A DNA stretch of 64,000 nt, from positions 16,840-80,839 of IMG/VR virus record IMGVR_UViG_3300027801_002650; one strand, written 5' to 3'. Made by a program: the position numbers and the translations under genes. This DNA comes from a virus. Each line of letters starts with the position of its first letter. Position 1 is the stretch's first letter. Shown here piece after piece: positions 19,443 through 29,100 of this stretch. A model generated the notes under the pieces. The model saw only the letters and a list, made by a program, of their open reading frames with translations. It had not been told where the DNA came from and searched no databases.

Positions 19443-20325
19443 CAAGGGACTGAAGACAGCAACAGTCAGTCAATTAAAACAGAATACAAACTTTAAGGGA
19501 TGGGTTTGCCAACCAAATCAATACGTTATTGACGTAGAGAAATGGACAGTTAGGCAAACAGTTTGCGGACACCCTGACGAACAATCTATTGGAGAGTTTG
19601 TCCCTATCAAAGAAACCATCTGCCCCAACGACAACTGTTTTTGTGGCAATGATATAGAAATGAGAAAAGGAAAGACACACGATTTTCTTAAACTAATCAA
19701 ACATGCCCCCGATAAGATTGACCCGTACAGAGGTGAGAAGATACTCGCCATCGATAATAAAAACAGAGTCAACGTCAACTTTTATACTGAAAAGAAATGC
19801 AATTATAGTTGCTCATACTGTGAACCTGAGAATCATTCATCTACTAAATCCATTGACATCGAAAAATACAAAGAGGCATGGAATACTGTAAATCCAAAAA
19901 ATGTCTCTACCATAAATATATCTGGTGGCGAGCCAACACTCAACAAAAAATATATTGACTTTGTAAAATGGTTGAGCGAACACAATCCTTACGCACACAT
20001 ATCGACATCTACAAATGGATCTAAGTCTGCCGATTATCTTAGGCATCTTAATACATACTCTCACCTAGCGATAAGCATACATTTTGAATTTATTACAGAA
20101 TCCTACATAAAAAAGTTACATAGGTTTCTTTCACACAGAAACGAAAACAAAAAGTCAGTAAGATTAAAATGCATGTTGCATCCAGAAAAAATCCAACAAG
20201 TAAAAAGTTTTATGGACGGATTCAAGGGATATCCGGACATCCAAGTTTCGGTCACTCCTTTGTGGACACCTGGTACAAAAGATATTATGGAATATGAGGA
20301 AGAAGTATGGAATTTAGTGACATAA
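19423..20325 (+). CDS. radical SAM enzyme #12, class C with the Cys domain at the N-terminus
   Basis: CNYSCSYC, SGGEPT, STNG; N-terminal FKGWVC...VCG...CPNDNCFC. Confidence 0.9.
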   Translation: MLKVLTDKGLKTATVSQLKQNTNFKGWVCQPNQYVIDVEKWTVRQTVCGHPDEQSIGEFVPIKETICPNDNCFCGNDIEMRKGKTHDFLKLIKHAPDKIDPYRGEKILAIDNKNRVNVNFYTEKKCNYSCSYCEPENHSSTKSIDIEKYKEAWNTVNPKNVSTINISGGEPTLNKKYIDFVKWLSEHNPYAHISTSTNGSKSADYLRHLNTYSHLAISIHFEFITESYIKKLHRFLSHRNENKKSVRLKCMLHPEKIQQVKSFMDGFKGYPDIQVSVTPLWTPGTKDIMEYEEEVWNLVT

Positions 20326-21359
20326 GGCAAGTACATTTTGAACCATCACAGGGATGCAATGCTTCTTGTCCTATGTGTGACAGGAATCAAAATGGTGGGG
20401 CAGTTAATCATCACCTTACAAATGCTACGTGGACTGCTGAAGAGTTCATGAACAAGATAGACTTTGAGTTTATCAAGAAAACCAACTTCTGGTATTTTTG
20501 TGGGAACCACGGGGATCCACATATGTGTGAGGACCTACCCAGAATTTGTGCGTGGATGAAACAGAAAAATCCAGGGATTCGTTTACTTACCACAACAAAT
20601 GGTGGAGCACGTGATGTGTCTTGGTGGGAAGAACTTGCACAATACTCAGAGGTCAACTTCTCCGTCGACGGACTAGAGGACACAAATCATCTCTATCGTC
20701 AAGGTGTGAGGTGGCAAAGGGTTGAGGAAAATATGGTAGCATTTTGTGAGGCAGGTGGTTTCGCGAAATGGACATTCCTTGTCTTTCGTCACAACGAGCA
20801 TCAGGTTGAGGATGCTAGAAGATGGGCTACGGCACTTGGCGTAAAAGATTTTATTGTTAAAAAGTCAGGCAGGTATATCAACACTGCTACCCTGACTGAG
20901 AAGGATGGCCACCAAGCAGTCAACAAAAAGGGTGAAACGAAACAATACCTCGAGCAACCTTTGAATCCCAAATATCAGAACAAGGCACTGCCCCAGTACA
21001 AGGTGCTAGAGAAAAAGTATGGAACTTTTGATAAATACCTTGAGGTGTGTAAAATAGACTGTAAAGCAGAAGACAAAAAAGAAATCTATATCTCAGCAGA
21101 GGGATACACTTTTCCTTGTTGCTGGTTGGGTGGGCAACCTCTTAAGTGGTGGCGTAAACAAAAATCTGGTGATGTACATGATATGATTGGTGACTACGAC
21201 CTGATAAACATAAAGAAGACACCCCTGAAAGAGATCATAACGGGTGGGTTCTTTAACCGAGTACAGGAATCTTGGACTGGTGACAGACTCAAGACCTGTG
21301 CGTTAAAGTGTAACTCCGGACAAGATAACTACGATCCTTTTTCAGCACAATGGCAGTAA
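20307..21359 (+). CDS. radical SAM enzyme #13, class B
   Basis: CNASCPMC, CGNHGDP, TTNG, WTFLVFRHNEHQ, PCCW...CALKC. Confidence 0.93.
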   Translation: MEFSDIRQVHFEPSQGCNASCPMCDRNQNGGAVNHHLTNATWTAEEFMNKIDFEFIKKTNFWYFCGNHGDPHMCEDLPRICAWMKQKNPGIRLLTTTNGGARDVSWWEELAQYSEVNFSVDGLEDTNHLYRQGVRWQRVEENMVAFCEAGGFAKWTFLVFRHNEHQVEDARRWATALGVKDFIVKKSGRYINTATLTEKDGHQAVNKKGETKQYLEQPLNPKYQNKALPQYKVLEKKYGTFDKYLEVCKIDCKAEDKKEIYISAEGYTFPCCWLGGQPLKWWRKQKSGDVHDMIGDYDLINIKKTPLKEIITGGFFNRVQESWTGDRLKTCALKCNSGQDNYDPFSAQWQ

Positions 21360-22459
21360 AATTCTCACAAACTGACTTTACCAAAATCCCTTGGGACGAT
21401 ATTGAGATGGTGGGGCAATGGACGATGCTCCATCGCGACCTATTCAATGTGTCGTGGTTGCTTGGTAGATACTGTAACTACTCCTGCAGTTATTGCTGGC
21501 CGTATGCTTCAACCAAAAAGAAAGATTGGAGATCGGAAGACCTCGTACTGCTTACTATTGAAGAAATCAAACGACAGGCAAGAGAACGAGGATTTAACTC
21601 GTTCCACTTCTCATTCTCTGGTGGAGAACCCACCGTAGTTCCTACTCTTATTCCTCTCCTAGACAACCTCCGTGAAGATATTGGAAACTGTAACTGGCTG
21701 TCTACACACCTTACCTCTAACATTTCACGGAAAATGAAATGGTGGGAGGAATATTGCCAACTAACTAAGGACTTTCATCGAGTATCAATCACAGCATCCT
21801 ACCATAAAGAGCATATCAATACTCCTGAAAAGAGAGCAGACTTTGCTGATAAACTTGAATATCTTCAGTCACAGGATGTGCAGGTAACGGTCAACTCAGT
21901 AATGATACCCGAGAGATTTGATCACCTCTGGGAAGACGCCAACTACTTCCATGAGAGGAAAATCAACGTGACGTTGAAACCTCAGTCAGATCCCACAGCA
22001 AGTTTTGTGGTTGATGGATACACTGATGAGATGATGAATATACTTCACAATGGTTTACCTCAGCAAGATTTCACTGAAAGAAAAAGGCAGGTTGTCAGAC
22101 CTACGTCAAAGTTCCCTCGCATGAAAGCGATTGACGGCCAACATTATCAGATTGAAATGCAGGACAAGGACGGGAAAACATGGCGACTTGACCAGGCAGA
22201 GAGGTTCAACTCCTTTGGTTTTAATAAGTTCAAAGGTTGGGACTGCTCATCAGGGTATCGTAGCATAATCATACGGGAACCTGACGGGTCGATCAAAAGA
22301 AGTTATAGCTGCTCGGACGAACCTTTGGGTTATATTAACAAAGGATTTAGATTATTTGATTCTCCTATGCCTTGCATCACTGATTCGTGTGTATCGAGTG
22401 CTGACTCTAAAATACCAAAACGGAAACCCTCGTCAAACGCAGATCTATGGTCCAGCTGA
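21350..22459 (+). CDS. radical SAM enzyme #14, class C
   Basis: CNYSCSYC, FSGGEPT; C-terminal FKGWDC...YSC...PCITDSC. Confidence 0.92.
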   Translation: MAVKFSQTDFTKIPWDDIEMVGQWTMLHRDLFNVSWLLGRYCNYSCSYCWPYASTKKKDWRSEDLVLLTIEEIKRQARERGFNSFHFSFSGGEPTVVPTLIPLLDNLREDIGNCNWLSTHLTSNISRKMKWWEEYCQLTKDFHRVSITASYHKEHINTPEKRADFADKLEYLQSQDVQVTVNSVMIPERFDHLWEDANYFHERKINVTLKPQSDPTASFVVDGYTDEMMNILHNGLPQQDFTERKRQVVRPTSKFPRMKAIDGQHYQIEMQDKDGKTWRLDQAERFNSFGFNKFKGWDCSSGYRSIIIREPDGSIKRSYSCSDEPLGYINKGFRLFDSPMPCITDSCVSSADSKIPKRKPSSNADLWSS

Positions 22460-23139
22460 ACACCCTGAAGTGGGGAGATAAATACGACAATCAATATGTC
22501 AATCGACTGTACAGTCTACTTGGCAAGCACCTTGATCTGCCATTTGTCCTGAGAGTGTGGACAGACAATAAGAAAGGTATTACCAATGAGTGCGAGTTTC
22601 GTGATATCCAAGATCTACGTCCATACGACACAGAACGAATGTTCACGTATGAAAAGTTAATGCTAATAAATAATGATGAAGCAGATGTTAATGGTTGGCT
22701 AGACTTGGACATACATATCAACAAAAACATAACACATTTGGTATCTCGACCTCATCCTAACATTACTTTTATCTGGAACTATTGGAACAATTTTGCTGAT
22801 ATGAGTCTAGGACCTTATGGTAAAGGATCATCCTGTCACGTCAATAGTTCATTTGTATTTTGGGACAGGAACAAAGCGACGTGGTTACGTGAGTACACTG
22901 ATCAAAACTGGGAGAAAATTGCTTGGACATACAAAAGTCTGGATAAGTATTTGTTCTATCAGCATGTAAGAAATAATAGATTGAGTTTTTGGGGTGATAA
23001 TATATTCTCCAATTACAACGTGAATGGGGTAGAAGGATGCGTGACGTTGTTCAACACCTCCCACCTTTATAATAACAATATATCTGTAATGAAAAAACAT
23101 TATGAACTCCACGAAACAGATTTATTCATGGTTAGTTAA
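22447..23139 (+). CDS. GT-A fold glycosyltransferase-like protein
   Basis: KWGDKY...YVNRLY, WTD, DLD (DxD) and NSS motifs. Confidence 0.7.
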   Translation: MVQLNTLKWGDKYDNQYVNRLYSLLGKHLDLPFVLRVWTDNKKGITNECEFRDIQDLRPYDTERMFTYEKLMLINNDEADVNGWLDLDIHINKNITHLVSRPHPNITFIWNYWNNFADMSLGPYGKGSSCHVNSSFVFWDRNKATWLREYTDQNWEKIAWTYKSLDKYLFYQHVRNNRLSFWGDNIFSNYNVNGVEGCVTLFNTSHLYNNNISVMKKHYELHETDLFMVS

Positions 23140-23509
23140 ACACGACGAACTAACCTTTGTCGCATGCAACGAGCTGGAACTGATGAGACAACTTGAAACC
23201 ATGGGTGTAGAGGTCTGGAATATCAACTATGACATAAACTATAACACCGATGATAAAGTAATCTGTAAAGATGCTATCTTTGATGACGTAGAGTTCCACG
23301 GATGCGTGGTTCATTGGAACTGCGAAAAGACCTACCCAATAGGCAGAATCCATAGTGGCGAGTTTATCCTCAGAGGAGACAACCAAAATCACAATGGTGA
23401 CTGTAGTCCAATTAAAAACTGTGAACAACTGATTTCTCAGAATCAACTGAGTGAAGTTTATGATATGTACCAGGATGGTGCTCACACATATGTATATGGA
23501 AGAACATGA
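23102..23509 (+). CDS. small protein, possibly a minimal methyltransferase-like fold
   Basis: CKDAIFDD...VVHWNCEKTYP resembles the INTSGEHM block of the 18711 protein; weak. Confidence 0.45.
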   Translation: MNSTKQIYSWLVKHDELTFVACNELELMRQLETMGVEVWNINYDINYNTDDKVICKDAIFDDVEFHGCVVHWNCEKTYPIGRIHSGEFILRGDNQNHNGDCSPIKNCEQLISQNQLSEVYDMYQDGAHTYVYGRT

Positions 23510-24024
23510 CAATAGTCGTAATGGTTTGCACTGGCGATAAATACAATAAGAATGATGTTGCCAATATAGAATATCAATTGCACAACGTAGGGTTTGATTA
23601 TGATCGTGCTCATGTAATCACAAGAGGCGAAGGATCAGTCTACGATAAACTCAAAATGTTTGAGCAATGTAAGAAAGACGAGAACTACGTCTACTTTGAT
23701 TTAGACTTAATAATCAAAGATCCAATAGACGTGGTTAGAGATGAGTTTACTTTATTGTTTGCTTGGTGGAGACCGCCATTTCACACGCCACTTAACTCCT
23801 CAATAATGACATGGCGTGGTGACCGAAGTGATATAGCAAAAAACTTTAAACGAGAAAAATATGACAAGGGAATAGACGAATATTTTTACAAAGAAGTCGA
23901 ATATAAAATCTATGATAGAATAGCATGGTCTTGGTACTGGGACAAAAGAATGCACGATTTTCCTGTTTGTTTATTGAACCATAACGTAGAAACACCTGAA
24001 TGGACTACAGAGTATATGCCGTAA
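23506..24024 (+). CDS. GT-A fold glycosyltransferase-like protein
   Basis: GDKY, KLKMF, YFDLD and NSSIMTW; paralog of 22447. Confidence 0.7.
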   Translation: MTIVVMVCTGDKYNKNDVANIEYQLHNVGFDYDRAHVITRGEGSVYDKLKMFEQCKKDENYVYFDLDLIIKDPIDVVRDEFTLLFAWWRPPFHTPLNSSIMTWRGDRSDIAKNFKREKYDKGIDEYFYKEVEYKIYDRIAWSWYWDKRMHDFPVCLLNHNVETPEWTTEYMP

Positions 24025-24662
24025 GAATCGGGGAAGGGTACGGTCTCGAACACGAAACAAGACTCGAAAAGCAGTTAGATATTAATTGGATTCGAGACGA
24101 AGAGGAAGGAGTTGCACTCCAATGGAACAAGCTAAGAGCATTCGAGGGCGAGGATTGCCCCGTGGTGCTAATCGACATTGACTTAGAGTTCATGAACGAC
24201 TACAAAGATTTGTTTGAGTTGCCTGTTAAGAGGGGCGAGTTCCTGACTACAAAAAACTGGTACGGGCAAGATAATCCTACAGCAATACATTACAAAATCG
24301 CAGGAGGATTTTACAAGTTTTGGCCAGAAGACACCAAATATATTTTAGATACGTTCAGAAAAGATAAACAATATTGGCAAAATCACTACATCGCTGAGGG
24401 AATAACCTGCGGACCTGTCAATGGGGAAATGAATTTTGTTGAAGATTGTGTCAGAGGGAGAATCGGTGCCACCCCTCTGAAAATGAAATTTGTTCCAGAT
24501 GCGTGGCATACTAAATGGAAAGATAAACCTGAAAAGGAATATATTTACCATATGTCAAAATTATATGATAATGAATATTTATGGTTGGGAGATTTCCACC
24601 CCGATATTAAGCTGGTACACTACCAGCAGGGGAAAGATTTGCCTCATCATCAGGAACCTTAG
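24000..24662 (+). CDS. GT-A fold glycosyltransferase-like protein
   Basis: GEGY, WNKL, IDID, GGFYKF, GEMNFV and C-terminal LVHY. Confidence 0.6.
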   Translation: MDYRVYAVRIGEGYGLEHETRLEKQLDINWIRDEEEGVALQWNKLRAFEGEDCPVVLIDIDLEFMNDYKDLFELPVKRGEFLTTKNWYGQDNPTAIHYKIAGGFYKFWPEDTKYILDTFRKDKQYWQNHYIAEGITCGPVNGEMNFVEDCVRGRIGATPLKMKFVPDAWHTKWKDKPEKEYIYHMSKLYDNEYLWLGDFHPDIKLVHYQQGKDLPHHQEP

Positions 24663-25188
24663 TCATGACAGAATAATAAAGACTAAAAATCTCAAAGGGA
24701 TCCTTGGACATGCGTATCCGTGATTTGATCTTTTTATCAGCATTCTGAACTTCCTCTTTCTCAAATATGTCCAACTTGAGTTTGAAGATATCCTCGCTTG
24801 TTGCTTGCTCTATAGTACTAAGAAAGACCTTCTCAACTACTTCTTTTATAACCACCTCTTTTACTGCTTGAGGAACTGCTGCTTCCTTGTTATTTGCTTT
24901 CCATTCTTTATACTCAGTGAATTCTTGGGCAGTTTCTGCCTCCATCACGTTCCATTCTTCAGTGGAAAGAGTTATCTTTCTTTCAAGTTCAGCATCACTA
25001 CCATTTCCCCATTCCGGATCCATAAGGATTTCCTTAAAGGATTCCGAAGCATGGTCGACAATAAAAATATCATGTTCATATTCACCGTATTCATTATGGC
25101 GAACGACCTCAATCGTGCTTGGGCGATCTAACTGTTTGTCTTCTTCTGGATTCGTTACCCAGTTTACCCATCTTGGTGTGTTTTTCAT
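24607..25188 (-). CDS. hypothetical protein (193 aa), last gene of the structural block
   Basis: Charged, probably helical ORF that overlaps the upstream gene by 4 nt and the convergent GT gene by 56 nt. Confidence 0.7.
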   Translation of the reverse strand: MKNTPRWVNWVTNPEEDKQLDRPSTIEVVRHNEYGEYEHDIFIVDHASESFKEILMDPEWGNGSDAELERKITLSTEEWNVMEAETAQEFTEYKEWKANNKEAAVPQAVKEVVIKEVVEKVFLSTIEQATSEDIFKLKLDIFEKEEVQNADKKIKSRIRMSKDPFEIFSLYYSVMTKVPDDEANLSPAGSVPA

Positions 25189-26141
25189 ATTAGCTTAAAG
25201 TAATAGTTTGTTATATTTGAAGCACCACCACTTGGGGTTCGATGCGAAAAATAGTTTGGATTCGAATAATTTTGTGACGTAGACGATGATTCCTGGCGTC
25301 TGTCACTCATAGAACCTCTGTTGGTTCCATTGTTCGTACCACCCATCCTATATTGTAATCTACCACCTCCCGAAATATTTCTTTTGAGAATGGGTAGCAG
25401 TACATTTTGGATGAGACTCGAGCCAGTTGAAATATCCTGAGGATGGAAACCTTGTGATGCTCCTCCGACTGTCCATCGATGTGAAGTAGGAGAGGAAGGG
25501 GCATAAGGAGAAGGATCGCTCAAATTCCGTTTAAGATACAACCTGTATGTGGTTGATCCTGCAGAATATGTAGTATCGGTAAAAACAACTCCTTTGTCAG
25601 TCCACGTTCCCGAGCCACCATTGCTTGGTGTTCCAGTTCCTACTCTGTAAGTTCCTACCTCATGTCCAGTTCTCATTATTGAAATAGCATCATTAACGAT
25701 AGTATCTAAAAAATCTGTTTCGGTATTGATGTATTGGAACTGGTATCCACTTCCTTTATAATAAAGAAATGATTGATCAGTAATAGTAGCAGCACTTGGC
25801 ATACCAACGGCATCTAAGTTTTGTTGCCAACGACTACTTGATATTGTAGAAGTTGTAGTACTGGGATATCCTGGATAATCTGTTCCAGTTCCACCACCTG
25901 CTGTGTTCGAGTTTGATGCAGCATTTCTTCTTGTATCGGTAGTAGATCCTCCAGCAGGGTTAAATATATCTGCTTTCCCTGTTCCTGTTGAAACTCCTCC
26001 AACTGCGCCAATTCCGCCACCATTCAAATAGTTACCGAATGCTACTGCCAAATTATATTTCAGGGCACCTATCTCTGAATCCGACCACTCCTTGAATCCG
26101 TTAAGTGTGTAATCCCATTTTATTGGTCTTCGTGTCGCCAT
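25185..26141 (-). CDS. putative virion structural protein (G/S/T-rich, 318 aa)
   Basis: G/S/T/N/Y-rich composition and position directly after the fibre genes. Confidence 0.65.
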   Translation of the reverse strand: MATRRPIKWDYTLNGFKEWSDSEIGALKYNLAVAFGNYLNGGGIGAVGGVSTGTGKADIFNPAGGSTTDTRRNAASNSNTAGGGTGTDYPGYPSTTTSTISSSRWQQNLDAVGMPSAATITDQSFLYYKGSGYQFQYINTETDFLDTIVNDAISIMRTGHEVGTYRVGTGTPSNGGSGTWTDKGVVFTDTTYSAGSTTYRLYLKRNLSDPSPYAPSSPTSHRWTVGGASQGFHPQDISTGSSLIQNVLLPILKRNISGGGRLQYRMGGTNNGTNRGSMSDRRQESSSTSQNYSNPNYFSHRTPSGGASNITNYYFKLI

Positions 26142-26144
26142 ACA

Positions 26145-29100
26145 TTAAATTAGTCGATTGCCAGATGCGTCAAATACTCCGAAATCAATCCAGGTAGAGT
26201 TCCCGTCGCCATCTGTACATTGTAAAATTTTATTGGATGCTGCACTGGTTCCTGGACGAATTCTGATTGCATCGTTTGAATCATCACCAATATCAATTCT
26301 TGTTCCTGTCAGAATTATAGCAGTATCAGTCATATCAAAATTTGATGCGCCAGTATCTAAATTAATCTGCGTCGCACCATTTATTTGAAGAGAACCTGAA
26401 GTCCCGTTGATTATTGGGACAGTTATCGATGTAGTTACTCCAAGAGTATTATCTATCGTGGTAGCACCATCAATATTCATTGTGGAGTTGTGCTCAGAAT
26501 GACCATCAACATCAAGGGTAGAGTTAAGAGTCGTTGCTCCGTCTACATCAAGTGTAGAGTTAAGAGTCGTTCCTCCGTCTACATCCATTGTACTATTAAA
26601 TGTAACGGCTCCATCAGTATTTAGGGTGGAATCAAAATCAACTGATCCGTTTACCGTGAAGGAACTGTTAAAGACAACTGCACCTGTAACATTGGCAGTA
26701 CCTCTGACTTTGAACTTGGCGTCGGGAGCATTACTTATATGAGTACCAACATCGCCCAAATCATATGAATCACCGATGTATACGTTACCCGAGACACCCG
26801 AAGAACCTTTGTCGATTGTCATTATATGGTTTGAGTTCGAAACAAAAACCATATCATTTTCTGTATGCACAGAATCAGAAGCTACGCTAGCAGCATCAGT
26901 AGAAGAACCATACGGGTTAATAAAAGTATCGCCACCATTTTGTATATCCGACAAAACACCGAAACCAGCCCAGGTAGTTCCATCAGTCATCACACCTTCA
27001 AAGGCATTAATGTCTGTGTTAAATCTTACCGAACCTGCCCTGAGGCCATTTCCTGTAGTAGAAGGTCTTTGTGCAGTTGTACCTGTCGGCAACCTTACTA
27101 CACTATTAGCACTTGTATGTAATGAAATCCAACTATTCGCTGAAATCAACATTTCTTCTGTGCCATCGGTAACAAAAGTCAAATCATTGAAGACGTGACT
27201 TGCGGCATTGATTACACTTGTTGCGTTTGTGGGATTACCATAAGGATTAATAAACGTATCTGAACCATCAGACGAGTCAACAAGACCACCAGTTCCTGAC
27301 CACGTAGTTCCGTCGCCCAGTACAACTTCCATTGCATTGGTATCCATGTTGAAACGTAAGGATCCTGCGTCATAACCTCCAGCAATAGCGGAAGGTCTTT
27401 CAGCAGTTGTGCCTCGTGGAATCTGAAGTACCCCATTCGAAGTAAATGATGCCCAACCAGTCGAATCGATGATAAATCTCTTATCCCCTGCAACAGTAAC
27501 AATCACGTCGTCCAGAGTATGGACAGCATTCCCCTGTATCCCTACATGCGTTCCAGCAGGATCATGCGAAAATGGATTGACATCATTGCCATAAACACTC
27601 AAAAATGTATTATTACCTGAACCAGATCCAGTATCAACTGTACCTGACCCGAGAGGCATAAAACGTAGACTGTCTGTACTTGAATCATCCTCAAATACAC
27701 CTTCGTACACATTGAGTTCAGTATTAAATCGGATCATTCCGACTTGCATACCATCGCCCTGAGCATCAAGAGGATTTGTTGTGTCTCCACCTGCATCTGT
27801 TGATGGGAATCTTGGTTGCTCGGCAGTAGTACCCTTTGGTATTACTATACCACCATTAGAAGTGAAGTGGGCGTATCCAAGATTATCAATAAAGAATCTC
27901 TCAACTCCGTCAGTTACAAATACAATATCGTTGAGTGTATGCCCTGCAGCAGATACAACTGCTGTTGGGACTGATGGATTCCCGTATACATTTATGAAGG
28001 TATCAGATCCGTCATCGGAGTCAATCATAGAATGGAAAAGTGCCCAGTGTTTTGTAGTACCTCCACCTGCACTGGTCATTATTGATTCTAGACAGTTCAG
28101 CTCGCTGTTATATCGGAGTGATCCTTTGTAATCATCGATGTGAGGATTATCCCCTGATCCACCACTTAGATTTGGTCTCTGTCCACTATTTCCTACAGGA
28201 AGTCCGAAAGCAGCAGTATTGTCTATTCTCATGTTATCAGAGAACGAAAAATACTGATCAGAATCTGTCCATTTTAAACTATGCTCTGTATTTCCTGGCA
28301 GTACAAGACCACCCGATGAAACAGCAGCATCAGACTGTGGACCTGCCCAAGAAAGAGTTGGGGAAAAAGTACCTACGATTGCACCGATAGGAGTTCCATC
28401 TGCGTTATTAATCGAAAACTCATAGATATCGTGGATTGCCTCGACTGCGTAGAGACCTTCTAGAGTGTTTTGAATATCGTTAACATTAGTAATCCAAAGC
28501 AACTCACCTACATTTAATCCATGCGGAACCTGTGCCCCTGTTCCAGTTGTAGTCTGGATGTTTGGCATTCTAATTCTAAGATTTGCTCCGTCGGATAGAC
28601 ATACGCATTCATTTCTTAAACCATTGACCATTCCAATATTAATTAACCTGTCTTCAATAGCAAGTGAGGTCGCATCGACTGAGGACTGTTGTCCGAGTAT
28701 TGTCAGGTTACCGGAAATGGTAATATCTTTTTCAAATAATACATAGTCTTTAAAAACAGCATTAACAACTGTGTTCGTTGTAGCAGCATTGATTGTAAAT
28801 ACAGGAAAGGCAGTTCCAGTGTTACCGACGTACATCTGAATAGTATCTTCATCAGTTCCTGGAGCATTTTCCACTTTGATTACAGTATCAACGTCTCTGT
28901 CGCCAAGTTCTCCACCACCCAATGTCTTCCAACTTATCGTGTTTTCGTTCCAGTATGTAAGAGTTCCTAAAGTAAGATCATATCGAAGCATTCCTGCTTC
29001 TGGATTTATCGGTGCTTCACCTGCTGTACCACGTGGTAATAATATAGCATCTGTAGTACGACATATTAAGGATCGTATTCCTGACGGGTCGGTTATTGGA

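Noticed and set aside
3-24662. Classical RiPP cluster with a short precursor peptide
   Set aside because: No intergenic space, leader/core-like ORF, protease or transporter is visible. A precursor outside the window remains possible.
26518-26589. Direct repeat considered as a CRISPR or regulatory array
   Set aside because: Only two contiguous in-frame units with no spacers; explained by a 12-aa protein repeat.
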